64,000 nucleotides of DNA from an uncultured delta proteobacterium (GTDB lineage Bacteria > Desulfobacterota > Binatia > JACPRU01), in the NCBI GenBank assembly GCA_963745025.1, contig CAVUWD010000014.1, positions 32,001-96,000 on the forward strand. The letters run 5' to 3'. Made by a program: the position numbers and the translations under genes. Each line of letters starts with the position of its first letter. Position 1 is the first letter of the stretch. The notes under the pieces are model-generated. The model did no database searches. It was not told the origin of the DNA and saw only the letters and a program-made list of their open reading frames with translations. Positions 29,212 to 38,470 of this stretch are shown here, piece by piece.

Positions 29212-29720
29212 TGCAGCAGAAGAAGATCTGCATGCTAGGTGCGTTCGCCGTGGGCAAGACGAGTCTCGTGCGCCGCTACGTCGACAGCATCTTCTCGGAC
29301 ACCTACCTCACGACGGTAGGGGTTAAGATCGACAAGCGCGTGGTCACGGTCGGCGACGACACGCTGAACCTGATTCTCTGGGACATCGCCGGCGAGGACG
29401 ATGTGTCTTCCGTCCGGATGAGCTATCTCCGCGGCGCGAGCGGCTATTTCCTGGTGGTGGACGGGACACGTGCCGCGACGCTCGACGTCGCGCGTTCCAT
29501 CCAGCAGCGCGCCGAAAGCGAGATCGGCAGCGTGCCGTTCATCGCCCTCGTCAACAAGCTCGACGTACGCGACGAGTGGGCCGTCACGCAGGAAAGCCTG
29601 GCCGAGCTCGAAGACGCCGGGTGGTCGGTGGCGCTGACCAGCGCCCGAACCGGCGAAGGCGTCGAAGTGGCGTTCCGCACCCTCGCCGAACGCATGCTCC
29701 GGCCGAACCCGGCGACGTGA
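29211..29720 (+). CDS. Stand-alone Ras/Rab-like small GTPase
   Basis: G1 GAFAVGKT, G2 YLTTVG, G3 WDIAGE, G4 NKLD, G5 SAR; 169 aa. TGATG overlap with the OmpA gene. Confidence 0.92.
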   Translation: MQQKKICMLGAFAVGKTSLVRRYVDSIFSDTYLTTVGVKIDKRVVTVGDDTLNLILWDIAGEDDVSSVRMSYLRGASGYFLVVDGTRAATLDVARSIQQRAESEIGSVPFIALVNKLDVRDEWAVTQESLAELEDAGWSVALTSARTGEGVEVAFRTLAERMLRPNPAT

Positions 29721-31159
29721 TAAACCTGCCCGGCAGCCTGAGGGAAGCGCTGCTCGGCCGCGTATGCGCCGAGCACGAGCCCACGTATCTCCTGCTCGAT
29801 TCCAGCTACCGAGTCGCCCGGGTGGGCGCCGACATGGAGCGTTACGGCCTGAACGAGCTCCGGATCGGCGAACCCGCCAACACGCAGGTGCGGTTCCTCG
29901 AAGGCCTGCTTCCGCCACGAGACCTGCCGTTCACACTACCTGCCGTGGAGATGCCCTCCGGTCGCGTCGCCGACGTGCTGCTGCACGGCGACGTCGACGG
30001 CCTCTGGGTGGTCCTCTTGGACGTGACCGGCGAAATCGAACAGGCCAGGCTCTTACAGCAAAAGGCATACGACATCATGCTGCGGAGCGAGCGCGCGGCG
30101 CGGCGCGGAGAAGCCTGGCCCGCCGCAGCTACCGATTATCTCAATCGGCTGCTGCAAGAGCAATTTCGCCCGGCCTTTCTGCAAGTCGATGTGGACGGCA
30201 ACGTGATGGCGGCTGGCGGCGCGCTCGAGCTGTACGGACTTTCGGTGGTCCAGGTGGGCGCGTCCATCGTTGACTACCTGCCCCTCCTGATGGGCCTCTT
30301 GCCGCTGCAAGCGCCGGGCGATCCGTTCGTAATCCCCTGGGTCAACATCGACGGCGGCGGCTATATGGATGTCCACCTCGTTCCCGGCGACGGCTCCGAC
30401 TTCGTAATCTGCGTCGAGGCCCTCGTCGAAAGGCAGGAGCGCGTGGCATGGCAGCAGAAGGGAAACGAGCTCGCCCTGACCAAGCACAAGCAGGCGCAGC
30501 TGCTCGAATCTCACGTGGGAAAGTACGTTGCCGAAGAGCTGCTGCGGGGTGGTTTGGTGCCGGACGAGGAAGGCGAGCGGTGCGAGGCCTCGCTTCTCTT
30601 CTGTGACATTCGCGGTTTTACCACCTTCGCCGAGCGGCAGCCACCGCAGGTGGTCTTCCAGACGCTGAATCAGCTTCTCCAGGCCATGGTTCAGCCCATC
30701 CTCGATCACGGTGGCTGGCTCGACAAGATGGCCGGAGACGCCGTGTTTGGCGCGTTCGGTCTCATTCCCTACCAGCGACCTGACGGAGACGAACTGAAGA
30801 CCACAGCGCCGATTCGCGCGCTGCTCGCCGCGCAGGCCATCATGCGCGGGCTGCGCGACTGGAACGACGAGCGGCGGCGTAGCGGAGCCGAGGCGCTGCA
30901 CGCCGGAATCGGGATCAGCACTGGAGCAGTCGCGGTCGGAGTTCTTGGCACGCGTGAGCGGCGGCAGTTCACGATCATCGGCCACCACGTCAACCTCGCG
31001 GCGCGGCTGCAGACACAGGCGCTGGCCGGCGAGATCATCATTGATACGTCGACCCACGAGGCGCTTGGCGAGCTCGCGCAGGGCTTTAAGCCGCGACCGC
31101 TTCGTCTCAAAGGCCTGCAGGACCTCGTGACTGCCTACGTACTCGCCGCGGATTTGTAG
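29717..31159 (+). CDS. Class III adenylate/guanylate cyclase with duplicated N-terminal PAS-like module
   Basis: LFCDIRGFT, DKMAGDA, GIGISTG and FTIIGHHVNLAARLQ. GTGA overlap with the GTPase. Confidence 0.9.
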   Translation: MINLPGSLREALLGRVCAEHEPTYLLLDSSYRVARVGADMERYGLNELRIGEPANTQVRFLEGLLPPRDLPFTLPAVEMPSGRVADVLLHGDVDGLWVVLLDVTGEIEQARLLQQKAYDIMLRSERAARRGEAWPAAATDYLNRLLQEQFRPAFLQVDVDGNVMAAGGALELYGLSVVQVGASIVDYLPLLMGLLPLQAPGDPFVIPWVNIDGGGYMDVHLVPGDGSDFVICVEALVERQERVAWQQKGNELALTKHKQAQLLESHVGKYVAEELLRGGLVPDEEGERCEASLLFCDIRGFTTFAERQPPQVVFQTLNQLLQAMVQPILDHGGWLDKMAGDAVFGAFGLIPYQRPDGDELKTTAPIRALLAAQAIMRGLRDWNDERRRSGAEALHAGIGISTGAVAVGVLGTRERRQFTIIGHHVNLAARLQTQALAGEIIIDTSTHEALGELAQGFKPRPLRLKGLQDLVTAYVLAADL

Positions 31160-31246
31160 ACGCCGCTTCGCCGACGTTGCTGTACAGTGGGCGATGCGAC
31201 AGCGTGATCGGCATCCCCGAATCGACTTCCTCGATCGCGCGCGGCG

Positions 31247-31330
31247 GTTGAAAACGGCTACCTGCAGCTAAGCGAGCAGGGCCTTCGCGAGGCGGCCGAG
31301 AGAGTAGCTAGCGCCTCTGTTGGTAGCGTC
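31247..31330 (+). pseudogene. Possible highly eroded integrase C-terminal remnant
   Basis: VENGYLQLSEQGLREAAERVA resembles the catalytic-Tyr helix of tyrosine integrases and points toward the tRNA 3' end, like the remnant at 25840. Confidence 0.4.
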
Positions 31331-31401
31331 GGGCAAAACGGCCGATGTAGTGCCACCCCTAAGAGATCCTCGGCGGGCGACGTACCCCGGAACTACGTGA
31401 G

Positions 31402-31486
31402 TGCCGGAAGGGGGGACTCGAACCCCCACGGCCTTGCGACCACCGGATTTTGAGTCCGGCGCGTCTACCAGTTCCGCCATTCCGGC
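31402..31486 (-). tRNA. tRNA-Leu (anticodon CAA)
   Basis: GCCGGAATGGCGGAACTGGTAGACGCGCCGGACTCAAAATCCGGTGGTCGCAAGGCCGTGGGGGTTCGAGTCCCCCCTTCCGGCA: acceptor stem, D loop, CCGGA-CTCAAAA-TCCGG anticodon arm, long variable arm, GTTCGA T loop. CCA is not encoded. Confidence 0.97.
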
Positions 31487-31559
31487 CTAGTTTGCGGGTA
31501 TCAGCGAAGCTCTTGAGATTCAAGGTGATTCTTGCCGGGGTACGCGGCACATTGCGGTG

Positions 31560-31739
31560 CTACAGCGCGGATTTCGTGACGTTCATCCCCTCAACTCGGG
31601 CTTTTGCCCCCTTATCTCGGGCGGCAGCTACCTGCGCTGCGGCATTCCGCAGATCATCCTCGTTCTTGATGTCGTAGCGGTCGAACATCTAGTGCGTCCT
31701 CCATCCGCAGATCTGCATCACGATCCCTTCTGGCACGCC
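31560..31739 (-). pseudogene. Second tyrosine integrase C-terminal remnant with internal stop
   Basis: GVPEGIVMQICGWRTH*MFDRYDIKNEDDLRNAAAQ (TAG at 31689-31691), clearly related to the 25840 remnant. Confidence 0.75.
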
Positions 31740-31846
31740 GCGCCGCCATCTCATTCTGCCTCGTCGCCGGGGCTGCTCCTTCCGCTCGTCGCGAGTCAAT
31801 GTAGAGATCCATCCGCGGGTCCGTCACGGCACACCGGCATCGCCGT

Positions 31847-31881
31847 CAAAGCGGGACAGGAGATGGGGAAGTGCCGCGTCC
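31847..31881 (+). repeat. Imperfect inverted repeat, copy 2 (partner at 21080-21115)
   Basis: 33 of 36 aligned positions identical to the reverse complement of 21080-21115. Confidence 0.8.
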
Positions 31882-32065
31882 GAGATCGACCGTTACGTAG
31901 CGTTTCGGCCCTTGTAGCCGCTAACCTAACCGCGACCTAGCACCTCCACCGCCTCACCGGCACGTCGAGCAACCGGCACTCCTTTTCAGCAACGGCTTCT
32001 CATAGTATGGCGGGGCGGCATCTTCGCCGAGCGGAAGGAGCTCGCGCGGATAGGAGGACCAGCGG

Positions 32066-32869
32066 ATGAGTCGGATCGACGGGAAGGTGGCGCTCATTTC
32101 GGGCGCGGCGAGCGGCATCGGCGCGGAGACCGCGCGTGTGCTCGCCGAGGCGGGCGGCGTGGTGGTGCTCGCCGACATCGACGAAGCGGGTGGCGTGCGT
32201 GTAACCGCGGCGCTCAAGGCGGCGGGGCACGGCGCACACTTCCACCGCCTTGACGTCACGCGCGAGCAGGACTGGGAGTCCGTCACGCGCCGCGTCTGCG
32301 GCGAACTCGGCGGCATCGACGTCGTGGTGAACAACGCCGGGATCGAGCTGATCAAGCGTATCGCCGATCTCACCCTCGACGATTGGCACCGCGTGAGCGG
32401 CGTGAACCTCGACGGTGTATTCCTGGGCACGAAGTACGGCATTTGGGCCATGACCGAGGGCAGCACCCGGCGGCCGAAGGGCGGCTCGATCGTGAATCTG
32501 TCGTCGGTGGCGGGTCTCGTCGGCACGCCCGGCCAGTCCGCGTACAACATGAGCAAGGGCGGCGTGCGCCTCTTCACGAAATCGGCGGCGCTGGAGTGCG
32601 CGCAGCTCGGCTACGGAATCCGCGTCAACTCGGTGCACCCCGGCGTGATCGAGACGCCGATGGTCGCGGCGGCGTGGAAGGAGTGGTCGGCGGTCGGCTT
32701 TGGCGCGACGGACGCGGAGACGCGAGCGAACGTCCTCGCGCTGCACCCGATCGGCCGGCTCGGCCGCGCCGAGGACGTCGCGCGCGCGATCCTCTACCTC
32801 GCCTCCGACGACTCGTCGTTCGTCACGGGCGCGGAGCTTGTGGTCGACGGCGGCCTCACCGCGCAGTAG
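32066..32869 (+). CDS. Short-chain dehydrogenase/reductase (3-alpha,20-beta-HSD/cyclopentanol dehydrogenase-like)
   Basis: SGAASGIG, NNAG, YNMSK and IRVNSVHPG. AGGAGG RBS. Confidence 0.9.
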   Translation: MSRIDGKVALISGAASGIGAETARVLAEAGGVVVLADIDEAGGVRVTAALKAAGHGAHFHRLDVTREQDWESVTRRVCGELGGIDVVVNNAGIELIKRIADLTLDDWHRVSGVNLDGVFLGTKYGIWAMTEGSTRRPKGGSIVNLSSVAGLVGTPGQSAYNMSKGGVRLFTKSAALECAQLGYGIRVNSVHPGVIETPMVAAAWKEWSAVGFGATDAETRANVLALHPIGRLGRAEDVARAILYLASDDSSFVTGAELVVDGGLTAQ

Positions 32870-33076
32870 CAAGATCGACTGATCGTCCGGCAGCGACTTC
32901 CCGCCGCCCGCACGCGACCCGCGCGCCTACACGCCGAAGCACCTTGCCGAGAAGATTCTGCCATCCAAGCGACCAACTCGACCCGCGCCATCGCGCGGGA
33001 CAACGTGGCAGTCCAACGAGCCGCTCTGCTATGCTGCGGTCGCGGCTTTCGTCATGGTTGCGGCAATCCGGGAGGG

Positions 33077-33550
33077 ATGTCGATGGAAACTTCAGCGCTT
33101 CTGAAGGCGTTCTGCTCCGCCGTCGAACGGCGTGACGGCAAGGCATTCGCTGCCCTGTTCACGTCCGACGGCGTCTATCACGATGTGTTTTACGGCGCGT
33201 TCAAAGGACCCGAAAAAATCGTCGAGATGATCGACGATTGGTTCTATCGTACGGCGCGCGAGCTCCGCTGGGAAATGTTCCGGCCGGTGAGCGACGGCAA
33301 GACACTCTACGCCTACTACACCTTCAGCTACGTCTCGACCTTGCCCGAAGCTCGGGGCAAGCGCGTGGGCTTCGAGGGCGTCTCGATGATGAGCTTGCGC
33401 GACGGCAAGATCGCCGAGTATCGCGAGGTCGCCAACGTCGGCCCGGGCTTCGTGCAGATGGGCTTTGCTCCGGAGCGCATCGCCAAGATCCTCGGGCGCG
33501 AAGGCGAGCAACTGAGGAAGCGGCCAGAGTGGACGCGGCACTCGGCGTAG
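33077..33550 (+). CDS. NTF2/SnoaL-like protein
   Basis: FAALFTSDGVYHD...RDGKIAEYRE pattern. GGAGGG RBS. Confidence 0.8.
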   Translation: MSMETSALLKAFCSAVERRDGKAFAALFTSDGVYHDVFYGAFKGPEKIVEMIDDWFYRTARELRWEMFRPVSDGKTLYAYYTFSYVSTLPEARGKRVGFEGVSMMSLRDGKIAEYREVANVGPGFVQMGFAPERIAKILGREGEQLRKRPEWTRHSA

Positions 33551-33796
33551 CTCCGCGTCCGCCCTTCGGGCACGTCACCCACCCATATGGTGGGGGAGGA
33601 AGGGACTCTTCGTTCACGGCCTTAGACCTCGGCCAGAGACGGTCGCCGAAGTGATCAGGGAGTCGACAGTCGAGCGGCGGCAGTCTAGAGTGCGTGCGGT
33701 CGGTGCTGTCGGCGGGGGCTACGGCCACGTGAGTTGCGGCTGCCCTTTTACCATTACCATCTCATGACAGGTTCACGCAGCGAAAGGAGCTGACCT

Positions 33797-35033
33797 ATGC
33801 GCTTCAAAGCGGTGGTTGGCGGCGTCGGCATGACGCGATTCGGCAAGCACATGGACACGGGGCTCAAGGCGCTCGGCGCCGAGGCCGTGCAGGCGGCGAT
33901 CGCGGACGCCGGCATTCAGGCCGGCGACATCGAGGCCGCGTTCGTCGGCAACGCCGCGGCCGGGCTCGTCACCGGCCAGGAGTCCATCCGCGGCCAGGTG
34001 ATCCTGCGCAGCATCGGCATCGGCCGCATTCCCGTGGTCAACGTCGAGAACGCCTGCGCCAGCGCCTCGACGGCGCTCCACCAGGCCTGCGCGATGGTGT
34101 CCGCCGGCATGCTACGACGTCGTGCTCGCGCTCGGCGTCGAGAAGCTCTACCACGAGGACAAGCGCAAGAGCTTCGCGGCCTTCAGCGGCGCGGTGGATG
34201 TCGAGATCCTGCAGATGCTGCTCGAGGGCCTCAAAGCGAGCGCCAAGCGCAGGGGCGCCGAGGCCGCCGAGGGCGGCGCCGGCGAGAAGCGCTCGATGTT
34301 CATGGACATCTACGCCGCCGCGGCGCGCAGCCACATGCAGCGCTACGGCACCACCGCCCAGCAGTTCGCCGCAGTGGCGGCCAAGAACTCATTCCACGGC
34401 AGCATGAACCCGCGCGCGCAGTTCCGCGAGGTGCTGACCGTGGACCAGGTGCTCGCCGCGCCGATGATCGCCGAGCCGCTGACGCGGCCGATGTGCTCGC
34501 CGATCGGCGACGGCGCCGCGGCGGTGCTCGTGGTGAGCGAACGGAAGGCGCGGGAGCGCGGCGTGCGCGCCCCGGTGCGCGTGGTCACGCATGGTGCTCC
34601 GCTCCGGCTGGGATCACGGCATCGACGAGCCGGGCACGGTCGAGGTCTGCGCGCAAGAAGCCTACGAGGAAGCCGGCCTCGGCCCGAACGACGTCAACGT
34701 CATCGAATGCCACGACGCCTCCGCGCCGGCCGAACTGATGGCCTACGAGTCGCTCGGCCTGTGCGCCAAGGGCGAGGGCGGGGCACTGGTCGACAGCGGC
34801 GCGACGAGACTCGGCGGACGCATTCCGGTCAACACCTCCGGCGGCCTGCTGCGCAAGGGGCACCCGGTCGGCGCCACCGGCATCGCGCAGATCGTCGAGC
34901 TGACCGAGCAGTTGCAGGGCCGCAGCGGCAAGCGCCAGGTCGCAACGCCCGCATCGGTCTCGCACACAACGGTGGCGGCACGATCGGCATCGACGCCGCC
35001 GCGATGTGCGTCACCATCCTGCAGCGCGATTAG
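33797..35033 (+). pseudogene. Thiolase family (SCP-x type) gene broken by about three frameshifts
   Basis: GVGMTRFGK and VENACAS (frame 1), MCSPIGDGAAA (frame 2), IECHD and NTSGGLLRKGHPVGATG (frame 3), LAHNGGG (frame 2). Shifts near 34112, 34590 and 34942. Confidence 0.8.
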
Positions 35034-35165
35034 GGCGCCTGTGGAATCGTGCACCCTACACCGCAGGGCCGGCCGTGCCGGCCGAACCATAGTTGCTGCA
35101 GTTGAGGCTTGGAGCCCTCTCTCCCACACTCGCGGTGGGAGAGGGCCCTCCCGGAGAGAACGCAC

Positions 35166-36779
35166 ATGCGTGAACGCAACGAACTGATCCTGACCGACCT
35201 GATCGCGGCGCGCGCCGAGGCCCGCCCGGACCTCGACGTGCTCACCTTCGAACGCTGGAGCATCGGCGACGGCGCCTCGCCCGACGAGGTGCGCACCTAC
35301 GCGGCACTGCGCGAGAATGCCAACCGCATCGCCGCCGCGCTGGTGCGCCACGGCATGGCGCCGGGGGCGCGCTTCGGACTGATGATGCGCAACCATCCCG
35401 AGTTCGTGGAGACGATGATCGCGGCCTCCATCACCGGCTGCGTGTTCGTGCCGATCGACCCGCGCACGCGCGGCGAGAAGCTCGCGTACATGCTGCGTCA
35501 GTCGGGATGCCAGGGCCTGGTGTGCGCCGACTATTGCCTCGATCAGGTCCGCGACATCCGCGCCAAGGTGCCCGACATGCGCTGGGTCCTGGTGCTCGAG
35601 ACGGGCGAGAACGGCGCGCCGGTGCCGCTGGACGGCGTCGATTCCCTCAACGAGGTGCTCGCAAAGGCGGCGGCAACGGTGGACGTGCGCCTCGAGCACG
35701 CCGACGCGCCGCTGCAGATCATCTACACATCGGGGACGACCGGCGACCCGAAAGGCGTCGTCTTCCCCAACTCGCGCTTCGGGCTCTTCGCCATGCTCGG
35801 GATGATGCTCGGCTACCAGCCCGACGACCGGCCATACACCGGCCTTTCGCTTACGCACGGCAACGCCCAGGCGGTGACCCTCGGCCCGTCCCTGCACATG
35901 GGCTTGCGCGCGGTGTTCAGCCGCAAGTTCACCAAGTCGCGCCTGTGGGATATCACCCGCCGCTACGGGTGCACGACCTTCTCGATGCTCGGCGGCATGG
36001 CCACGGCGATTTACAGCGAGCCGCGCCGCCCCAACGACGGCGACAATCCGGTGCGCGTGGTGATCGACGCCGGCATGCCGGCGTCGATCATGGGGGAGTT
36101 CGAGCGGCGCTTCGGGGTGCGCATCTTCGAGTGGTACGGCGCGGTCGAAGGCGGACTGGCCTTCAAGCCGATCGGTGTCGGGCCGATCGGCAGCTTCGGC
36201 AAGCCGGTGCCCGGACTCGATATGAAGGTCGTCGACGAGCAGGACAACGAGTGCCCGCCGGAGGTGGTCGGCGAGATCGTCTCGCGCCCCGCGACCGGCG
36301 AGTCGGCCAACGTCGAGTACTTCGAAAACGAGGAGGCGTCGCGCAAGAAGACGCACGGCGGCTGGCTGCGCAGCGGCGACATGGGACACCGGGACGCCGA
36401 CGGTTGGTTCTTCTTCGATTACCGCAAGGGCGGCAGCATTCGCCACAACGGCGACTTCGTCAACGCCGGCTTCGTCGAGAAGGTGATCGCCGAGCACCCG
36501 GCCGTGGCGGACGTCTTCGTGTACGGTGTCCCGGCGGCATCGGGGGCACCGGGAGAGAAGGACGTGGTTGCGGCGATCGTGCCCGCGGCCGGCGTGGGGT
36601 TCGATGCCGACTCGGTGTTCGCGGCGTGCCGCAAGGGGCTCGAGCCGAACTTCGTGCCGTCCTATTTGCAGGTGGTGGACGAGATTCCGAAGACGGCATC
36701 GGAGAAGCCACAGGAGCGCTTCCTGATCGAGCGCTTCGCCCCCGACGGACCGGGGATCTTCACCCAAACGCAAGCGTAG
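35166..36779 (+). CDS. AMP-binding acyl-CoA ligase (CaiC-like)
   Basis: IYTSGTTGDPKGV, WYGAVEG, GWLRSGD and IPKTASEKP. Confidence 0.9.
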   Translation: MRERNELILTDLIAARAEARPDLDVLTFERWSIGDGASPDEVRTYAALRENANRIAAALVRHGMAPGARFGLMMRNHPEFVETMIAASITGCVFVPIDPRTRGEKLAYMLRQSGCQGLVCADYCLDQVRDIRAKVPDMRWVLVLETGENGAPVPLDGVDSLNEVLAKAAATVDVRLEHADAPLQIIYTSGTTGDPKGVVFPNSRFGLFAMLGMMLGYQPDDRPYTGLSLTHGNAQAVTLGPSLHMGLRAVFSRKFTKSRLWDITRRYGCTTFSMLGGMATAIYSEPRRPNDGDNPVRVVIDAGMPASIMGEFERRFGVRIFEWYGAVEGGLAFKPIGVGPIGSFGKPVPGLDMKVVDEQDNECPPEVVGEIVSRPATGESANVEYFENEEASRKKTHGGWLRSGDMGHRDADGWFFFDYRKGGSIRHNGDFVNAGFVEKVIAEHPAVADVFVYGVPAASGAPGEKDVVAAIVPAAGVGFDADSVFAACRKGLEPNFVPSYLQVVDEIPKTASEKPQERFLIERFAPDGPGIFTQTQA

Positions 36780-36925
36780 GCGGCGGAGCGTTCAGCGAAT
36801 AGGCGCAGTGTCCCCCGGCACCTGCGCTGAGGGGAAGTGCGCCCGCTCAGAAAGCGAACTTCCCATCAGTCGCCGGTGCGGCCGACGGGCTGCCACAAAA
36901 ATCGCCGCCACATCTGCCGATGACG

Positions 36926-37312
36926 CTATTCTCCGCCTCCCGAAGGAACGACATGACAGTCGCTACACCTATCGTAGGCCGGCATATACGAAATGAAAAT
37001 TTTGTTGCCATGGCATCTGGCGCACGGTTTATCGGCTTCCATATTCACATTCTGAAAACCGACTAAGCTGGGGGGGACCATTGGCCCGGCACCCGTATTG
37101 ACATCGGTATGGCAATCGGTGCAGCTGCCCGCGCCTTCCGAATTGTACATCTCAATATGCCTCTTGCCGATGTCGGCCGTGGGTTTCCATAGGAGGCCCG
37201 CACTTTCACCACCACCACTACGACGACTACCAGTGCCATCCGCCAGGGCAATCCCTGCAAAGGCGACGAGAACAACCGCCACTACAAGCAACTTCACAGA
37301 CAGACTTTTCAT
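36926..37312 (-). CDS. Small periplasmic triheme cytochrome c
   Basis: Signal peptide ending ALA, three CXXCH motifs (CTDCH, CARCH, CSDCH), GAGGAGG RBS. Confidence 0.8.
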   Translation of the reverse strand: MKSLSVKLLVVAVVLVAFAGIALADGTGSRRSGGGESAGLLWKPTADIGKRHIEMYNSEGAGSCTDCHTDVNTGAGPMVPPSLVGFQNVNMEADKPCARCHGNKIFISYMPAYDRCSDCHVVPSGGGE

Positions 37313-37942
37313 CTCAAGCACCTCCTCTTGATTGGTGGAACCGTCAATGAACCTGAATGCACCGCGGCCGCCCGCAAATTGCCCATGTGTTGGGCGACGT
37401 GACGCCTTCTCGAACCTTCGACCTTGTCCTTCCGGCAGCTTCCACATCCATGGCTGCTTCCCCCCTTTTCGCGATCTCAAAATGGGAATTTTACCCATTC
37501 ACAATGCATCTGATAGCAACTAGCCGTGAGCCGAGCAAGAGGAAAAATGCGATGAGTTGGGGATCAACGAAGGACAGCGCTTTGGCGAGAGCCGACCAGG
37601 AATCGTAAACACGGGCCGGTCTCCCCCACGATCTCGGGCTCGATGTGGTAGCCCGAGTTGTCGAGGTAGCGCCTGGCGATCGAACCCGCAGGCGGCACAC
37701 CTGCCGCAGGCCGATCATCGCGCCGTTCGGCACCGGCGTCGCGCAGGGTGCGTCAAGAAGGCCCGGGCGAGCTCTAAGACAAACGGCGAACCTTACCGTG
37801 CCCGTTCCGGTAACCCGCCGCCGCATCCACCACTACCCCGCCGCTCCGGCTCGTGCCGCCCGAGCAGATCGGTGATCTCTTCCTCGAGCAGATCTTGGAT
37901 CCGGCCCTGCAACCTGATCCGCGCGAATCCGGGGGACGACGT

Positions 37943-38470
37943 CTATTTGACGACGCCGCAGGCGATGCGGCCGCCGCCGCCACCGAGCGGCTTCGGCTGG
38001 TCGGATAAGTTGTCGCCGCCTTCGTGGATCACCACCGCGTGTCCCGCGAGGTCCGCCACCTTGAGACGCGGGGCCGTCAGCTTCTCCTCGGCGATGCCAT
38101 TCTTGTCCACGACGAGGGGCGGCAGGTCGCCGAGGTGCCCCTGGCCATTCGGTCCTTCGTGCTTGCCGGTCTTGGCTGGATCGAGGTGGCCTCCGGCCGC
38201 CACCCCGGCCGTCATCTTTCCGTCCTTCTCCTTCGGGCCGCAGTCGCTCCCCTCATGCACGTGGAGGCCGTGCTCGCCCGGCGGCAGACCAGTGAGCTTG
38301 GTCTCGATGACGAGCCCCTCCTTGCCGTCGTCAAAATGGATCGTGCCGAGCGCCTTACCAACCCCCTTTTCATCGATCTGGTTCATCGTCACGGTGACGC
38401 CCGCCGCCAAAGCGAACGGGCTCATCGCAACCGTCGCCGCGATCGTGAGAACGCTCGTTTTCCTCAGCAT
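37943..38470 (-). CDS. sodC: Periplasmic Cu/Zn superoxide dismutase
   Basis: HGLHVHE, AAGGHLDP, GHLGDLP and GGDN...GGGGGRIACG, plus signal peptide. Confidence 0.95.
   Translation of the reverse strand: MLRKTSVLTIAATVAMSPFALAAGVTVTMNQIDEKGVGKALGTIHFDDGKEGLVIETKLTGLPPGEHGLHVHEGSDCGPKEKDGKMTAGVAAGGHLDPAKTGKHEGPNGQGHLGDLPPLVVDKNGIAEEKLTAPRLKVADLAGHAVVIHEGGDNLSDQPKPLGGGGGRIACGVVK

Larger units (their letters stand above)
26109..31397. mobile_element. Degenerate tRNA-Leu-integrated genomic island (~5.3 kb)
   Basis: Bounded by direct repeats of the tRNA 3' half, with nearby integrase remnants and a tandem 11-mer CGGAAATGGGT x2 at 26199-26221 (arm-site-like). Confidence 0.8.

Noticed and set aside
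35111-35151. CCCTCTCTCCCAC...GTGGGAGAGGG hairpin between thiolase and ligase
   Set aside because: A single short intergenic palindrome of a common type, with no second copy noticed in the window.
34743-36773. Long antisense ORFs (for example 676 aa here, also 9094-10908, 41525-43186, 52978-54753)
   Set aside because: They mirror well-supported genes on the opposite strand, as expected from GC-rich codon bias, and show no protein motifs.
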